From Amoeboaphelidium protococcarum X5 (taxonomy: Eukaryota > Fungi > Aphelidiomycota), in contig JALDTO010000098.1 in assembly GCA_023515725.1 (NCBI GenBank), positions 1,824,164 to 1,888,163 on the forward strand: 64,000 nt of DNA, given 5' to 3'. Shown in pieces: positions 25,262 through 38,400 of the stretch (position 1 is the stretch's first letter; the number at the start of each line of letters is the position of its first letter). The notes beneath the pieces were generated by a model. The model was not told where the DNA came from. It made no database searches and saw only the letters and a list, made by a program, of their open reading frames with translations. Position numbers and translations under genes: made by a program.

Positions 25262-27592
25262 TCATTTCTCCATCTTAATCAAGGCATAGAGAAGATTGCA
25301 GCATTGACGCGCCTCTGAGGCCAACAGATTGATGTGCACTTTCTCATCGTAGCGAAAGGAGAAGCCCATTTTGTGAAAGTCTGAAGGTACAATACTTTCC
25401 GGATAACATGCCACCTTCTTGATGTACTGCTTGATGCGCTTGTTCAAGTAAATGTTCACCTAGTGATAATTAAAGTCGTCGTGACACATTCCACCAAGTC
25501 GCAGCACATAATACCATACCGCTTATCTAAACGGCCAAGTATCCACATTCTCCAACTCATCGCGAGAGTTATTCAGTGAATAATCAGTCAGATTCAGGAT
25601 AGCATTGAACTCAGCATCGAGCATATCACCCAACTCGGGCAAGTATTTAGTAATCAGACTGACACCATGCTCTTCCCAATTATAATCCTAGAGACGGAAT
25701 ATGGAGTACTCTGAGGACTTGACATCGAAATCAACATGCTTTAATTCTTTATCACCTAGGAAACGCTCATAATCCTCTTAAAGAAGAATGGCATTCAGTG
25801 CATCTTCACCATCCACCACAGGGCTCTACTTGGCACTCATATCCATGGTGAATGTATCCTACTCTTCAAGATTAGCGAATACTTCCGCCCGCTTCTCTGA
25901 TGGAATGTCTTGCTATATATTCTCTCTACCGGCAGTATTATCCTTACTCTTCTTGTTATCATTACTATCATCAATATCGTTATCGAAGCTGCTCTTGCTC
26001 GTCAAACGTTGCATCAATTAAGTTGTATGCTACACCGTCTAACTCTAATCCTGAACATCATCAATATTATTATTATTTCCACTGATCGTTCTATTCCTCC
26101 TTGAACCCGTAATATCAGCATTAAAATCTTCATTCATTCCATCAGCTAATTATGATGAGGATGACGATGCTCCCAAATTCTCCATCGACCCACCCAACAG
26201 ATCATAGTCTGGCACAATGCCGCAGCCAAGGACAAAACTAGATAATCCTTGAAACTTTGCCATTACCACAATGGCCAGCACCAATTCACTCTTTGACCAC
26301 GCATCATTACCTTTAGTAAGAGCAGTAATGTGATCCTTCTTGATACGCCATGGTTGATGTGCCATTAAAGTGTTCAACTCTGCCAGATCTTACAACTTTT
26401 GTGGCGCACTCTTCAGTCCATTCAACCACAGCGGATCTCCTCCATTGTGAAGAAACTCATTAATCTGCAGTTGAATCAAATACTGGCATTGATGCTAAGA
26501 TGCAGCCATAATAGCAATGTAATTCCTCCAGGATCTAGGGAGTGGACCTTAAAGCCGGAGTATCTAATTAAATGACGCCATAAACTTCTCCAAGTAATCC
26601 GGAAAGTAGACCAGGACGCGATACACGTTAGATAGACGGCCATTGGTGAGAAAGGCCTATTCCATAATATCTCGCTGAATCGTATTATTAACATCCAGAG
26701 GCACCAGCTTGGACTCCGGAATGAAGAAGGATGGTGAATTGTGAACAGGCTTCGGTATGATCAGCCCGCATTCTCTCAGATGGGCAATATACTGAGTAAA
26801 TATCTATCTAACTTCAGCAAAAGGACAGTTGGTAGACATTCGTAACATCACCATAATGTGATAACGCAGCTTTTGTCGAATGGACGCGAGCTCTTCCAAA
26901 TCGGTCTACGACTATGAGTCATCCACTTAATGCTCTCCGTGATTAGCCTAATCTGCAATTGCATTCGGATTACGAGAATATACACCATCACTGCCACCAA
27001 ATATTTCATTTTGTGGATGTTGGGCCACTTTAGTCATCATTTCATCATGTCTAACACCATATTCATGCAAATACTCGATCCACTGGCCAATCTGCTAAAT
27101 TAATCGATCCGCCGATTAAAGCCTCTACTGCTTATCGTTGATGTACAGTCCATTAAATAGATTAGTTTTCACCGGCACAATGTACTGAGCAGCAGTATTA
27201 TTATAGGTCATTATTTTACGACGTTTACTAGAATCACTGCTGGTTTGTGGATCGCGAATGGTGGTGGTGGTGTTAATACTACGAGTGTTATCCATCAATA
27301 GCGAGCTCTTATTATCTTCCTTCTTCTCGTCGTCTCCAGCTGTTGTCAGAAGAAAAGATGATTTTCTGAGTGGCAACTGAGTCTCCGCCGCGTTTTGATT
27401 TTTTGCAGGCAACATCAACAAAGAGAGCGGCTGCGACCACGACGAGGCAGAAGAAGAATCTTCTTCTAGCGATTGATTGAGTGATCGACGACTCTCAGTG
27501 ACACAAGACTGGCGATCATTATCAGCATCAACAACCTTGTGTAACGTTTTCATGTACAAACCAAAAGCCTGATTAACTTTACTGAGTACCAT
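25262..27592 (-). CDS. SESN: Sestrin with long N-terminal extension, ~776 aa
   Basis: [107 protein letters not shown]. Start could alternatively be ATG at 27553. Confidence 0.9.
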
Positions 27593-28090
27593 TAAGTGAT
27601 ATTTTGTTTTTTTATCAGCTATTATGCAAGTGAGAATGATAATGCGGGATAGTGTGGGTCGGTCGAAAAGCAATGAGAAATGATGAATACAGTTCCGCAT
27701 TAGACCAGTTTCTGTGGCGTGGGAAGAAGAATTCGTGTGAAACAAGATATTGTCAAGTCACTTTGAAACGTATCGTTCAATAAACTAGTGCCAGTGAGCA
27801 ATATGTAAGTATTGTATAATAAATGCAAGTTCGTGGGGTATAAATTCTGAGATTTTCCATCATATATAAATGTATCATTTAGCACAATCAGGCCAGGCCT
27901 CAAATGCCTTTACCGCACTGAGGAGTCTATTAATAGATGAATTGATTTCAATCCGTAAAGTTCATATTTATAAGTCGTAATATAATTCTATCATCATTAT
28001 TACGCTGCAGTCTTTTTATTTTCGCAATTAAATAGTTAAGACAGTAAAATCAATTAATATAGAATTTTTGGAAATAGAATTCACATCGCA

Positions 28091-30685
28091 ATGAGGGATA
28101 TCTACCAGTAGAAAGATAAAGTTGCACAATCAGCGTCAAGAAAGTCGTCGAATGTCGTGGGCGTTCAGGATGCAGAAAAGGTGATGCTGCTGAAACAACA
28201 ATAACAATCAACACAGCCGGAGCAGTAGTAAAAGCCATAATAAGCCAGCAATGATAGTGGATCAGTATCAACTCCTATCCCTCCTCCTAGAAAAGAATCT
28301 TCCGCCTCTCTCGGAAAGGAATCGGCCACTTTGCCAAAAGATAAGCCTTTGCGTCCTATCAAGCCTTCTGGATTGTCTGTCGTTTAAAGTGTAACTGATT
28401 AACCCCTATAATCTTCATAATCCGCGTAGCAGTCCAGCACCACCGTTGCTCAATCAGATTCTAATGATATTGCCATTGTGTCTAAAGTGAGCAGTATCAA
28501 GGCTAGCTTTATGAGGGACAGTAATGATATGTAGCTTTAGAAGCCTCGTAGTCTTAACAATGTCAGCCGTCCAAGCGGAAGTAGAATCGCTTCAATGGTG
28601 AACCTTTACGAACCAACTGCTGCCTCAACCTCTTAATCCTAATCAAAATCTGATTTATCCAATACTGGTGAATAATCTCAGAGCACCCAATAGTAGAATT
28701 TGATAACTGCTGATGTCCAGGTTGAGTAACGCGATGTTCCTCCAGTATTGCCACCTAGACAAAGATCAGCCAAAGCCAACACTGAAAGCAGCGAAAAGAC
28801 TTAGTAGTAGTCGTCGTAAGGAAATGTTCAGCAGGTGATAGAAGCCTTAGATTCTGATAATGTTATAGATAAACACGAGGTAGCTGTATTAAGCAAGTCT
28901 GATCCAGAGTTGCAAGCTTTAAGCGCGTCAAATGGAAATGTTAATAAGTTGGCAGAGATTTTAGCTCCGATGGTCAAGAATGTTCATGAGTAAAAAGCAC
29001 TGCATTTAAATTAATCTGGTACGGCCAAGACTGTGACAGAGTCGGCAGTAACTTTGCCCGAGATCAGGTCACCTATTTAACATTCTTCTAGTAGATTGAT
29101 TACAGCTGTGTCTCCTGACAGCGAGAAGAAGACGTTTTTGGATGATGGTGCAGTTGTGATGTCGAGTCTACCTAGTGCTCATAGTCATGAAAATGTGCAT
29201 TCAATTTCATCACATAATGATGAAGATTTATCGTCGTCAATCTCAAGTTTAAGCACTCATTCTAAAAACCAAAAGGGCGCTAGTACTCAGTATGTGCACC
29301 CGCTAAGAGCCAATAGTGACCGAGAGAAGCCAAGGATGGATTTTAGTAATACATTCAGGAGAAAGAAGAATGTAAAGAGTGTGATTGTTGAAAATTCTAG
29401 TAGCAACTCGCTGGCTTCAATAAAGACAGGTGGTGGTAGATATCAAGAGCAGCAGAGACCAAAATGGTATGATTTGATTTTAGATGAAGTTGAGCGAGAG
29501 CGCTTATTGAGCTCAATGAACAAGGATGATAAGACGCGTCAAGAAGTCTCATATGAAATTCTGTCAACGGAGTAGGATTATATAAACGACCTAAAGCTGA
29601 TTGTGGAGACTTATGTCAAACCAATTCGAGATAGAAAAGTCAAGATCCCTTTTGAACTAGCAGATTTATTCTCTAACATTGAGCAGATTCTGCCTGTAAA
29701 CGAGGCCTTTCTTCAAGAGTTAAAGCATTGCAGAAAGGATTATCTATTGGAAGGCGTGGGAAATGCATTTCTGGCTGTGGCTGATTACTTTAAATTGTAC
29801 ACCATGTACTGCGGTCTCCACGCCAAGGCTATGGACTCATTGTAGAAGGCATTGAAAGCAGATATGCCTATTAAGGCATTTTTAAAAGAAGTTTACTCTC
29901 GATAGGAATTTGGTGGCCTGAATTTGGAGAGTTTCCTGCTGAAGCCTGTCCAGAGAATATGCAAATACCCACTGTTTCTGCGAGAGTTATAGAAAGCTAC
30001 TCCTGATGACCATAAAGATAAGAGTCGACTTGAGAAGGCAAGTGCTAAGATTGATGACATCGTGTCGGTGGTGAATGAGCGAACAAAGCATTTGGAGTCA
30101 ATGATGTTAACTATTGAGGCAATTAAAAAGATCAAAGGCGGTGCTGAGTTGATGAACCCCACGCGTAAAATATTGGCCGAGAGCTGGTGCCAAGTGAAGA
30201 CATCCAATATGGAGAATGGCATTGATCAGACTAGGAAATGTCAGGTGTTTCTGTTCAATGATCTTCTAGTTTTCACGAAGCCTCCTAGTATGATATCCAG
30301 AGATAAGAATGTGGTGTTGTCGTCATTCTCGACTGATCATCTAACATGGCTTAATGTCGATGGAGAAGATGCTCTTCAGAACAGTTTGCTTTTGATTGAT
30401 TCAGTCACTTTGGATGTTTATCAGTTAATATTTCTGTAGTAGGCCGATAAAGAGAGGTGGACTGACGTTTTCGCTGAGGCTCAGATCTAACCGGAGCAGG
30501 TGCAGTCTTATGATGCTCTTATGGGTAAAATCCAAGCAAAGTCTTAGCATTAGTAACTCCTCTTCGGCACAGAGCGCAATGACGTAAATTCTCAGCGCAC
30601 CAGCGCGTTGGTAGAAGAATCATCTAATAATATGCGGCATTTTCTCGCATTAAAAAGGCAACTGATATCACTTTCTGTGGTTTGA
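28091..30685 (+). CDS. Dbl-family Rho guanine nucleotide exchange factor (DH-PH) with disordered N-terminus
   Basis: RQEVSYEILSTEQDYINDL, LFSNIEQI, FKLYTMYC, LESFLLKPVQRICKYPLFLREL, VFLFNDLLVFTK. Confidence 0.9.
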
Positions 30686-30884
30686 GAAGATTTCATAAGA
30701 TCCTATACGAAGATATTATAGATAGATTTTATAGATGATTATGATTTAAGCTACATTGTTAACTTTACCATTCCACATTACTTAAAACACTAGAAAGCAC
30801 GCAACTCGAGCATTCATTTTGTATATGAATGAGACAAGTCATGAAAATTTTCACCAATTTATTTTAATATAACTTCATTTATAA

Positions 30885-32630
30885 TCACATTTTAGATTGA
30901 GTTCTGGTGAGCCAAGAGTGTTCCTGAGATTTACGTTCGGCGGAAGGTTCAATCTATACATTGATCACACTTGCCTTTCGCTACTATCCACTACTGCTGA
31001 TCGTGAGAGCTTCTTTCAGTGCCGCATCAAGTTCTCTCAAAGTCTTTACGAAATACCCATTTGCACCAAATGCTTCCCCTACGCGCTCATATCTAGCACC
31101 GGGTGAGAGTGAAGTACTCGTTCTATCAGGCACTCCCATAGCAGTCTATTCACTCGAATCGAATCCTTCCGTGTCAAGTCCACTGTATATACCATTGTTA
31201 TTCAATATTATTACAATAATAGGAAGTTGATACCGGCAAATAGTTTCCATTTCCATTGCACTGAATCCAAATGCTGAATCTCCTTGTATACAAATCACCT
31301 GTTTTGATGGATAACACAGGGCCGCAGCTATCGCATATCCCAATCCGAGGCCCATGGTTCCAAACGTTCCTGCATCTAGACGTGTTCTTGGCTCATACTG
31401 GTTCATCATTGTCCTTCCAATGTCCATTGTATTGGCACCTTCTCCGATAATAACAGGACAATTGCCGCCTTGTCGCAATAGCTCAATATACTTTACAATC
31501 ACACCATACGCATGGTAATAGGTCATATTTTCACCAACTGGTGCATTTACTAGTGAATATGTTCTCTGAGCGTTTTATTTGCACTTTTACCGAAGCTGCG
31601 TTGTCCACTCTGATACATCACCTAGTTTGCTTACATTTGATAGTTAATCAAGTAACTGCTGCAGGTTCAATTTTAAATCGCCAACCAGAGCCACACCTCC
31701 ATTTCTATTCCAATTTACTCCAATCTCCTCCTCTTGTATTTCCATCTGAATAAACTTGACATCTGAGGGAAATCTTGGCTACTACCCAAAATGAAGAATC
31801 CAATTCAATCTGGCTCCGCAAAGGATCACAACATCAGCCTTCTACAGAGCCATGCTTCTCGCAGCAGCAACACACAAATCATGATCATCTGACACAGTTC
31901 CTTTTCCCATAGGTGTAGGAAGGAATGGAATCTTTAGCAACGTGACCAGCTACAAGAGTTCAGACTCGGCTCTAGCGTACGCTGCACCTTTTCCAATAAC
32001 GAGCAGAGGACGTCTAGCTGATTGCAGCAAAGATATACACTAATGAATAGACTGGAAACTTGCATGACTCTTTATCAACTACTGCGTTGGAATCTGCACA
32101 ATAGAGGCCAGCGAAGACTCTGCCACTTCGGCAGTCACGTAGTTACCAGGGATATCGATATAACACGGACCAGGACGACCGCTCAGTGCCACATGACAGG
32201 CCTTCTACAAGTAAAAAGGGATACTTTCAACACTAGATGGACGAGCAGATAGCTTGGTATACAGTCTGGCAGCTTCAACTTGAGGAAACTCTTGGAATGC
32301 TCCTCTTTGCTCCTAATCCACGTCTGAAGCACCAGCGATCAGCAACATAGGCCAACAATTGACCATTGCATTACTCAATCCCGCAAGAGCATGGATCATC
32401 CCAGGTCCTCCAACGACTAGACACACGCCAACCTTCCCTGTGATGTAGGCATAAGCATTCGCGGCGTAAGAAGCAGATTACTCATTACGGAACGCGATGA
32501 AAGTGATACCAAACGCTCTAATAGCCTCAGCCACCTCAACTATAGGTATACCGACTACGCCAAACACAACTTCCACCTGCAATTATTTCAGTGTTTGAGC
32601 AATCACTGATGCGCCATCAATTCTACTCAT
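30885..32630 (-). CDS. HACL1: 2-hydroxyacyl-CoA lyase (ThDP-dependent, peroxisomal), 581 aa
   Basis: [84 protein letters not shown]; ends QSKM (PTS1-like). Confidence 0.94.
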
Positions 32631-32849
32631 AATGCTGTTGTTAAATTTGTTAATGTTCTTTGTTAGATGGTAACAAATTGAATATCTGGGTCACAATAAC
32701 GTAAAAGGAATAAGCTCGCGACACCACCGCCACATCTGCAATGATGATCTTTAAAGCCTACACAGACTAAAACACAAGAATGCGAAATGCAAACTATGGT
32801 TTAAAATAAGAAAACATTATTATTATTATTAAGTAAAAAAATTAATGCA

Positions 32850-33848
32850 TCATCTGATTCTTTCTTCTTGAAGAGGATTCGTTTCAGGCTTATTAGATTG
32901 TTGTTTCATCTTGTAGTTGTACTTGATCAACTCTGGACGAATATCTTCGTAATCTGAAATGTGCCTAAGGAACGCTTGGATTTGGTCAAGCTCAATCTAA
33001 GACTACCTGCTTCCATCATGATCAAAAACATGATCTCGGACAGTAAAGTCTTCCACCTTGATGCCGTTCGTGGGAACTGCAGCCACGAATTCAGGTTCAG
33101 TTTCATCATCATCATTAGCCAAATATATATCAGCCAAATCAGCAGAAAAGGAGTTTACACTATTGTCTATGAGCACAGTCCTGCGAATATCCAAATTCTG
33201 AAGGTATCTCATCTCTTTAGTCATGATGAGACGCGTCACCATATTTCGTGAGTAGACCAAATCAGGTTGAGTAAACGGCACGGTCAGACCCATCTATTAA
33301 CACTGCGCATTCACAGCGGCAACAAACGCGCGCGCGTACGATTCTGTTCCGGCCGTCCACAGACCGACGTTATACAATTGACCGATTTCGGACAGCCATT
33401 CAAGGGCATTCACTCTCAGTACGACATAGACATACTAGTCATCCACTTTCAGTCCCAAAGGCATGGCGGATTTATGTTCCTTTGCTACTATGGAAGCTAT
33501 TTCATATTTTACGGCTTCAGCGAGAGTGCTATCCAAGTCTAGCAAGACTACCATGGAATCTGGTTTTTCCAACTGCATCTCGGAGGGTTAGCCTGGTCTC
33601 AAATCACACTAAAGATTCGCGCCATTACCAGAGATAAGACACTTTGAGTTTTCTTGAAATCCTGCAACATCAAAAGGTCTGTAATTGTCATATACGCGTC
33701 TATATTCCTATTCCTCAGGGTCATTATCTAATCGTCCTCCGTATTCAGGCAGTAAATCTTGAGACGACGATGACTCACCACGACCAACAGGAGACGCTGT
33801 CACTTGCCAGCTAATAAAAGCAACAAAAAGTATTAAAATTTTATCCAT
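32850..33848 (-). CDS. Signal-peptide-bearing FCP/SCP (NIF)-type HAD phosphatase, paralog B, 332 aa
   Basis: MDKILILFVAFISWQVTASPV; VVLLDLDSTLAE, LWTAGTESYA, KEMRYL, RTVLIDNS, NGIKVEDF, YEDIRPEL. Confidence 0.82.
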
Positions 33849-34160
33849 TACTATATTAATAGACGCTGTGTATGTACTATTGTAAAATAGATGAGTAACG
33901 TCGTGTATCTAGAAAGTGTGTGTGAAATTTTCATGGGAACACGGGATTTTCAACCTCGTGAGGCTTTCGTATGAATTCGGCGTTTGAATTCAGAGGCTTG
34001 CCAAATGGCTGACGGCGTGATCGTATGAATGGTAAACAAATTCCTAAAAGCAGAATAGGTGTACTTAAACATAAACGAATATGAATGAAATCCATCAAAA
34101 ACATTTTTTATTTCTTCAGTTATTCCCCCATTCATATCATCCATCCATCCATCCATTCAT

Positions 34161-35174
34161 TCATCTAGTCTGCTGCCCTTGTATCTCAAGCGCTCCCAAG
34201 TAGCCATCATCCTCTAAGTTCTTTCTAATTATTGCCATTCGAATGTCTGCAAATTACGACAGCTTATTTAAAAATTAGACTATTCTCACATTCTCCGCCA
34301 GTAGATTCTCTTACCACTGAATATCATAAAGTGCCTAGTAGTGATAATCAACAATTTTATAACCATTGGACGGAACGGACACCAGCGGAACCTACTTGAG
34401 CGGTTGGTCGTGTGGCTGAATACTTACGGACTAAGATTGATCCGAATAAATATCCACTAGATTAGCACCAAAGGAGGCGTAAGAGTTATCAATCAAAATA
34501 GTCCTGGCCACATTGATCTGAGGAAATAAACGCAGATCTTTATGCTTAGAACCGTAATACACATATCTTCGTCCAAAGATTATATCCATATCTTAAAAAG
34601 GCGGATTCATACCATAATGCACACAATGGTAATTAATTGCCTTTGCAAACTGTCTTCCATACGCTGTCAAACCAGCTGTCCATATACCAAGCGTATAAGA
34701 CTCAGACAGGGCAGAGAGCCAGCGAAAAATGTGAGGGCGCAGTGCAACATGATAGACTACTGGTCCGATCTTCAGTCTAACAGCCTGTATATACTTTTAC
34801 CCGCGATCTTGCATCAGTTGATCGTAAATCTCCTCAGTAACCACTTCACCCAACGTCTGATCGAGATCGAAAAGGACCAGCAATCTATCCAGAGCGTCTT
34901 CACGCGTTCGCTTCAACGAAGGCGCGCTCAGTCTACATTTTAGTCTGCTGACACCACCTATTTTGCAGTACTCTGGATACGCAATTGAATCCTCATCTTG
35001 CTATTATGGCGGAAATCTAAACTTCTCCTTCAGCAATTCGCGGCGATCAGACTTGTGATTATTTAAGGCGTGATTATCGCTAGAATCCTTGCTTGTGCCA
35101 TGTCCAGCATTGACCTGTTATATCACCAATAAGAATGCAAATAATAATATAAATAAATAGCCCAAGATAAGCAT
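34161..35174 (-). CDS. Signal-peptide-bearing FCP/SCP (NIF)-type HAD phosphatase, paralog A, 337 aa
   Basis: MLILGYLFILLFAFLLVIQQVNAG; LLVLFDLDQTLGE, ALRPH, IWTAGLTAYG, KDLRLF, RTILIDNS, NGYKIVDY, FADIRMAI. Confidence 0.82.
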
Positions 35175-35413
35175 CGCGTATTTATAAAATGCAGTAATAC
35201 TAATAAAAATAATAATATATAATCAAATTATTGACAGTAAAAAAGTCATGCCTCAATCGTCGGAGTTTCATTGTCCCACGTGGGAGATTGCAAAAATCAC
35301 ACATCCCACCGGTGAATTCTGCTGTGGTGTTTAGTGTAAAGCGAAACTTGCACAAAATCATCGATATAAAAACTCATAAATTTATTTTATTAGTTTAAAC
35401 GTAACGCACTAGT

Positions 35414-38400
35414 TCACTACTTTTAATTTGCACTTCTGGTGGAGAAACGAGTAGGATGCAGGTCCAAAGGTAACATCAGATTCAAGTTCTCCTCCATACG
35501 ACGGCGGCGATATGCGACTCTGGCACTGACATACATCAGAATCACAAAGCCCATAACAAAAGGGAACAACCAGTATTGAGGACTCAAATAGTTGGTCTGG
35601 AATACATCGTGCATAAATGGCGGATAGATGACAAAGCATGAGAATGCAACAGAGACAGCCAGAGAGATCCAGGTGACTTTGTTCTTCAGCACTCTCCATC
35701 CAAAAGGATAAGAGGTTGTCACTTTGCAGCAGAACATGTTAAAGATCTGCATGATCAGCAGAGCAAAGTAGTAAGCAGACTAAGCTTTGAACAGAGCCTC
35801 TTTAAGATTTTGCGGCAGAGCGTTTGTGTTACTGAACTACGCAGCATTCTAAGCCACCACAGCTGGAGTCCAGCCCAACTCAACGTAGAATACATGGAAG
35901 AAGGCCAGCAGACATCCGATAGTCTCCAGTACACCGACTTCAAGATAGGCGTAAGATAATATGTCTGCATCGACCAGTGTTTCCTCCTGTCTTGGCTCCC
36001 AGTACAGCTGCCATCCTTCCTTATCGAATAGAGATCTAAACCAGACACGAGTGGCTGCAGTTTTGTACTTTAGATAGGTTGACCAGTTCATTTCTGATGT
36101 ATCAACATCTTGGACCAAACTGTTCTCGGCAGCTGCAGCAGGACGATTGTTTCCATACACCATTTGCATAACTTGATTTTGCTGCTTAGCCTTGTAAGCA
36201 TTGTTGCGTCTGAGCAAGTCAATAGAGCGAAGAGACACTGGCTTACGCGGTAATGCCATAAGAATACCTTCTTCGCCATGCTCTGGCACCTCCCAAGCAT
36301 AAGACAGACCATTGAAGAATTCAAATCCCAAATCAATCAGAATGATCTACAATGCATACAAAGGCAGAGGAATTGGAACAACCACGAACAGCAGGTTGGC
36401 AATAACCTCTGGCAGGATGTGACACAGCGTGTATCTAACACACTTTTTCAGATTCTGGAAGATCAAACGTCCCTCACTTATACCATGAACTGTGGAAGCA
36501 AAGTTATCATCCAGTAAAATCATGGCAGCAGCCTCCTTTGACACGTCACTACCAGAGATGTTCATGGAGATACCTAGATCAGCCTTCTTCAAAGCCGGAC
36601 TATCATTCACACCATCTCCGGTGACTCCGACGATATGACCACGTTCCTGGCAATGCTTAACAATTTGCAACTTGTGTTTAGGGCTGGTTCTTGCAAAGAT
36701 AATCTCGTCCTTATTCAAGATACGTTCCCAATCATCCTCAGTCAGAGAGTCAACTTTCTCGCCATGAATGACGATAGAGTTGTACTCATGCTCTTAGATG
36801 GATGACAATGCACGGTTAGTACGCTTAGCTACCATCTCTTTAGTCTCCTGTAGCATCAGATTGATCTTTCTCGCAATTGCTTCTGCAGTCAAAGGATGAT
36901 CACCGGTGACCATCATCACCTTAACACCTGCCTATCTGCACTTGCCAATTGCCTCTCTCACACCATGCTTCGGAGGATCTTCAAGCGACACTAGACCACA
37001 GAAAGTATAGCCTCCCTTTGGATAAGTACCCAAAATACCAGGCTTGTCCTCGCCCAACTCCTTCTTATCTTGATCATCCTTACGGAAAGTGAAGTCGGCT
37101 GGATAGTCGGCAGCAGGTAGGTTGAACTTGGCGGTACCAATAACACGATGGCCTTTAGCTGCGAGAGCCTCATAAGATTTCTGAAAATCCTGCTTCATCT
37201 CGGCGGTAATCTCCTTTTCATCTCCAGACTAACTGTAAATCTTTGAACATAGTCTGAAGATTCTCTCCGGAGCACCTTTAATCAGCAGAGTCAAGTCACC
37301 ATTATCGTGCTTCATCTTATGAATGGACAAGTGCCACTTATTCGTGCTATTAAATGGAATCTCGAACACTTTAGGATACTGCTCAGCCAACGTGTCAGAA
37401 TCTGGTAAAGTATTAGCTGCAAATAAGAACAGTCCACTCTCAGTAGCGTCTCCAATAACCGATCTCTGCTTCAAAGGGACATCTGTAGCATCAAATCTGG
37501 CTTTCGAGCACAAGTAACAGATCATGGACAAGTCGTTTAAACTCTTGACATCAAGACTAAACTACTTAAAGTCATCAGCTGGCGCCATTTGCACGGTAGG
37601 CACGCGGTTCAGTGGCAACATACCAATTGCCTGCTCTCCATCTTTGCCATTTATCACTGGAGGCATATTCTCGTCGCCCGCGCTCTTTGGCTGACCATCA
37701 AGATTGGCAGAAGATTTATGCTCAGATTTACCAACTTGATACATCTCGCCACTGCTCCAGAAGTTGGTCACAGTCATCTGATTACGAGTCAGTGTACCAG
37801 TCTTATCCGTAGCCAGCAATGTGATAGAACCAAGCGTTTCCACACCACGTAAATCTTTAACCAGAACATTACGCTTAGACATTCTCTGTGCAGCAAACGA
37901 CAGCAGCAGAGTGACGATTGCAGGTAACGCTTCAGGCACCCAACTGATAAAAACACCAATAGCAAAAGTGAAGTTGAACGCGATCAACTGCTTCGAGTCA
38001 GGAAACTGACCACCTAACGTAGTAATACCAATAATGAAGAAGACAACACCGGTCAGTGCAGCAACTAGAGCAATCATCTTGACAAAGTTGTCAATCTCCA
38101 CTGTCATCGGACTCTGACGCTTCTTCTCCCCTGATGCCATGTTGGCTATCTGACCCAGAACAGTGAAGTCTCCAGTACGAATAACTACACCATAAGCTTC
38201 ACCATTGACGGCCAGAGAACCACTGAACGCCAAGTTGTGAGCCTCCAGGGGATTCTCCTAAGTATTGCCCGGACCACGTTCTTGTGGATCAGCTTCACCA
38301 GTTAGGGAGGAATTATCAACCTTAAACTCGGCAGCCCAGAAGATGTAAATATCAGCAGGCAACTTGTCACCCATGCGAACATGAATAACATCACCTGGTA

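Noticed and set aside
35274-35285. Palindrome TCCCACGTGGGA upstream of phosphatase A as a shared regulator of the pair
   Set aside because: Only a partial TGGGA match lies upstream of paralog B; too weak to support.
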